DNA of 38,841 bases from Patellaria atrata CBS 101060 (lineage: Eukaryota): the NCBI GenBank assembly GCA_010093705.1, contig MU006114.1:248001-286841 (forward strand). The letters run 5' to 3'. Each line of letters opens with the position of its first letter. The first letter of the stretch is position 1. The notes under the pieces are model-generated. The model searched no databases, was not told the origin of the DNA, and saw only the letters and a program-made list of their open reading frames with translations. The position numbers were made by a program, and so were the translations under genes. Below are positions 38,247-38,841 of the stretch, one piece after another.

Positions 38247-38841
38247 ATGCCATTCTCCTCAACCCCTCCAATCTCCTTCCCAACCTACCTCCTCCCCTCC
38301 CTCCCCTTCCGCCGCCGCCGCTCCTCCAGCACGACGACGACGACGACCTCCTCCTCCTCCTCCTCCTCTTCCTCCTCCTCCCCGTCCTCCCCACCCACCT
38401 ACCTAACTGGCTCAACCTCCCGCCTCCGCTGCACCCGCTGTCTCACAGACCTCTGCCACACGACGCAAATAATCAGCAAAGGCTTCACCGGCCGGCACGG
38501 GCGCGCCTACCTCGTCACGCCCTCCCTGACCCCGACCCCCGCGCTCCCGGCCTCCCCGCCCCCAAACCACCTGCGCGAGAGAGAAGTCGGCAACCTGCCC
38601 AACACGCACACGCACAAGCCCGTCCCGCGGCAGCTCGTGACGGGCGCGCACACCGTCAGCGACGTCAGCTGCGCGGTGTGCGGTAGTGTGCTCGGGTGGA
38701 AGTACGTCGCGGCTGAGGAGCCGGGGCAGCAGTATAAAGTGGGCAAATTCATCTTGGAGACGAAGAGGGTGTGTCGCGGGGTTTGTTGGGAGAGTGCGGG
38801 GGATGGCGGGGATGGGGGTTTGGTGGGGGAGGGAGATGGAG
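38247..38841 (+). CDS. Yippee/Mis18-family zinc-binding protein, 3'-truncated by the window end
   Basis: Open frame from ATG 38247 to the end (not in the ORF track): LRCTRCLTDL..QIISKGFTGRHGRAYL..RQLVTGAHTVSDVSCAVCGSVLGWKY..QQYKVGKFILE; N-terminal (ACG)n/(TCC)n poly-Thr/Ser tract. Confidence 0.93.
   Translation, partial: MPFSSTPPISFPTYLLPSLPFRRRRSSSTTTTTTSSSSSSSSSSSPSSPPTYLTGSTSRLRCTRCLTDLCHTTQIISKGFTGRHGRAYLVTPSLTPTPALPASPPPNHLREREVGNLPNTHTHKPVPRQLVTGAHTVSDVSCAVCGSVLGWKYVAAEEPGQQYKVGKFILETKRVCRGVCWESAGDGGDGGLVGEGDG

Overview
Eukaryotic DNA from a filamentous ascomycete (Pezizomycotina-type), with short GT-AG introns and CTRAC/CTAAT branch sites. I reconstructed the gene models by hand from splice signals. 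Left part: a 7-exon Zn(II)2Cys6 transcription factor (3800-7468, +) flanked by about 4 kb of motif-rich non-coding DNA on each side. Next is a dense housekeeping block: SWD3/WDR5 (-), ISC1 (+), DIM1 (-), APN1 (+) and an HST2-type sirtuin (-). A ~10 kb accessory-looking island follows (about 20.7-30.7 kb) with three + strand loci: a DUF3659-like repeat/non-RD kinase fusion, a single-pass membrane yapsin-fold protein with both catalytic motifs degenerate, and a dead NLR-like gene whose NACHT domain appears deleted and which carries CpA>TpA (RIP-type) stops. Right part: REV1 (-), a nucleolar FKBP (FPR3/4, +) and a Yippee-family gene cut by the window end. I recognised no tRNA, rRNA, intact transposon or CRISPR. 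All family calls come from motif recognition, not database searches.
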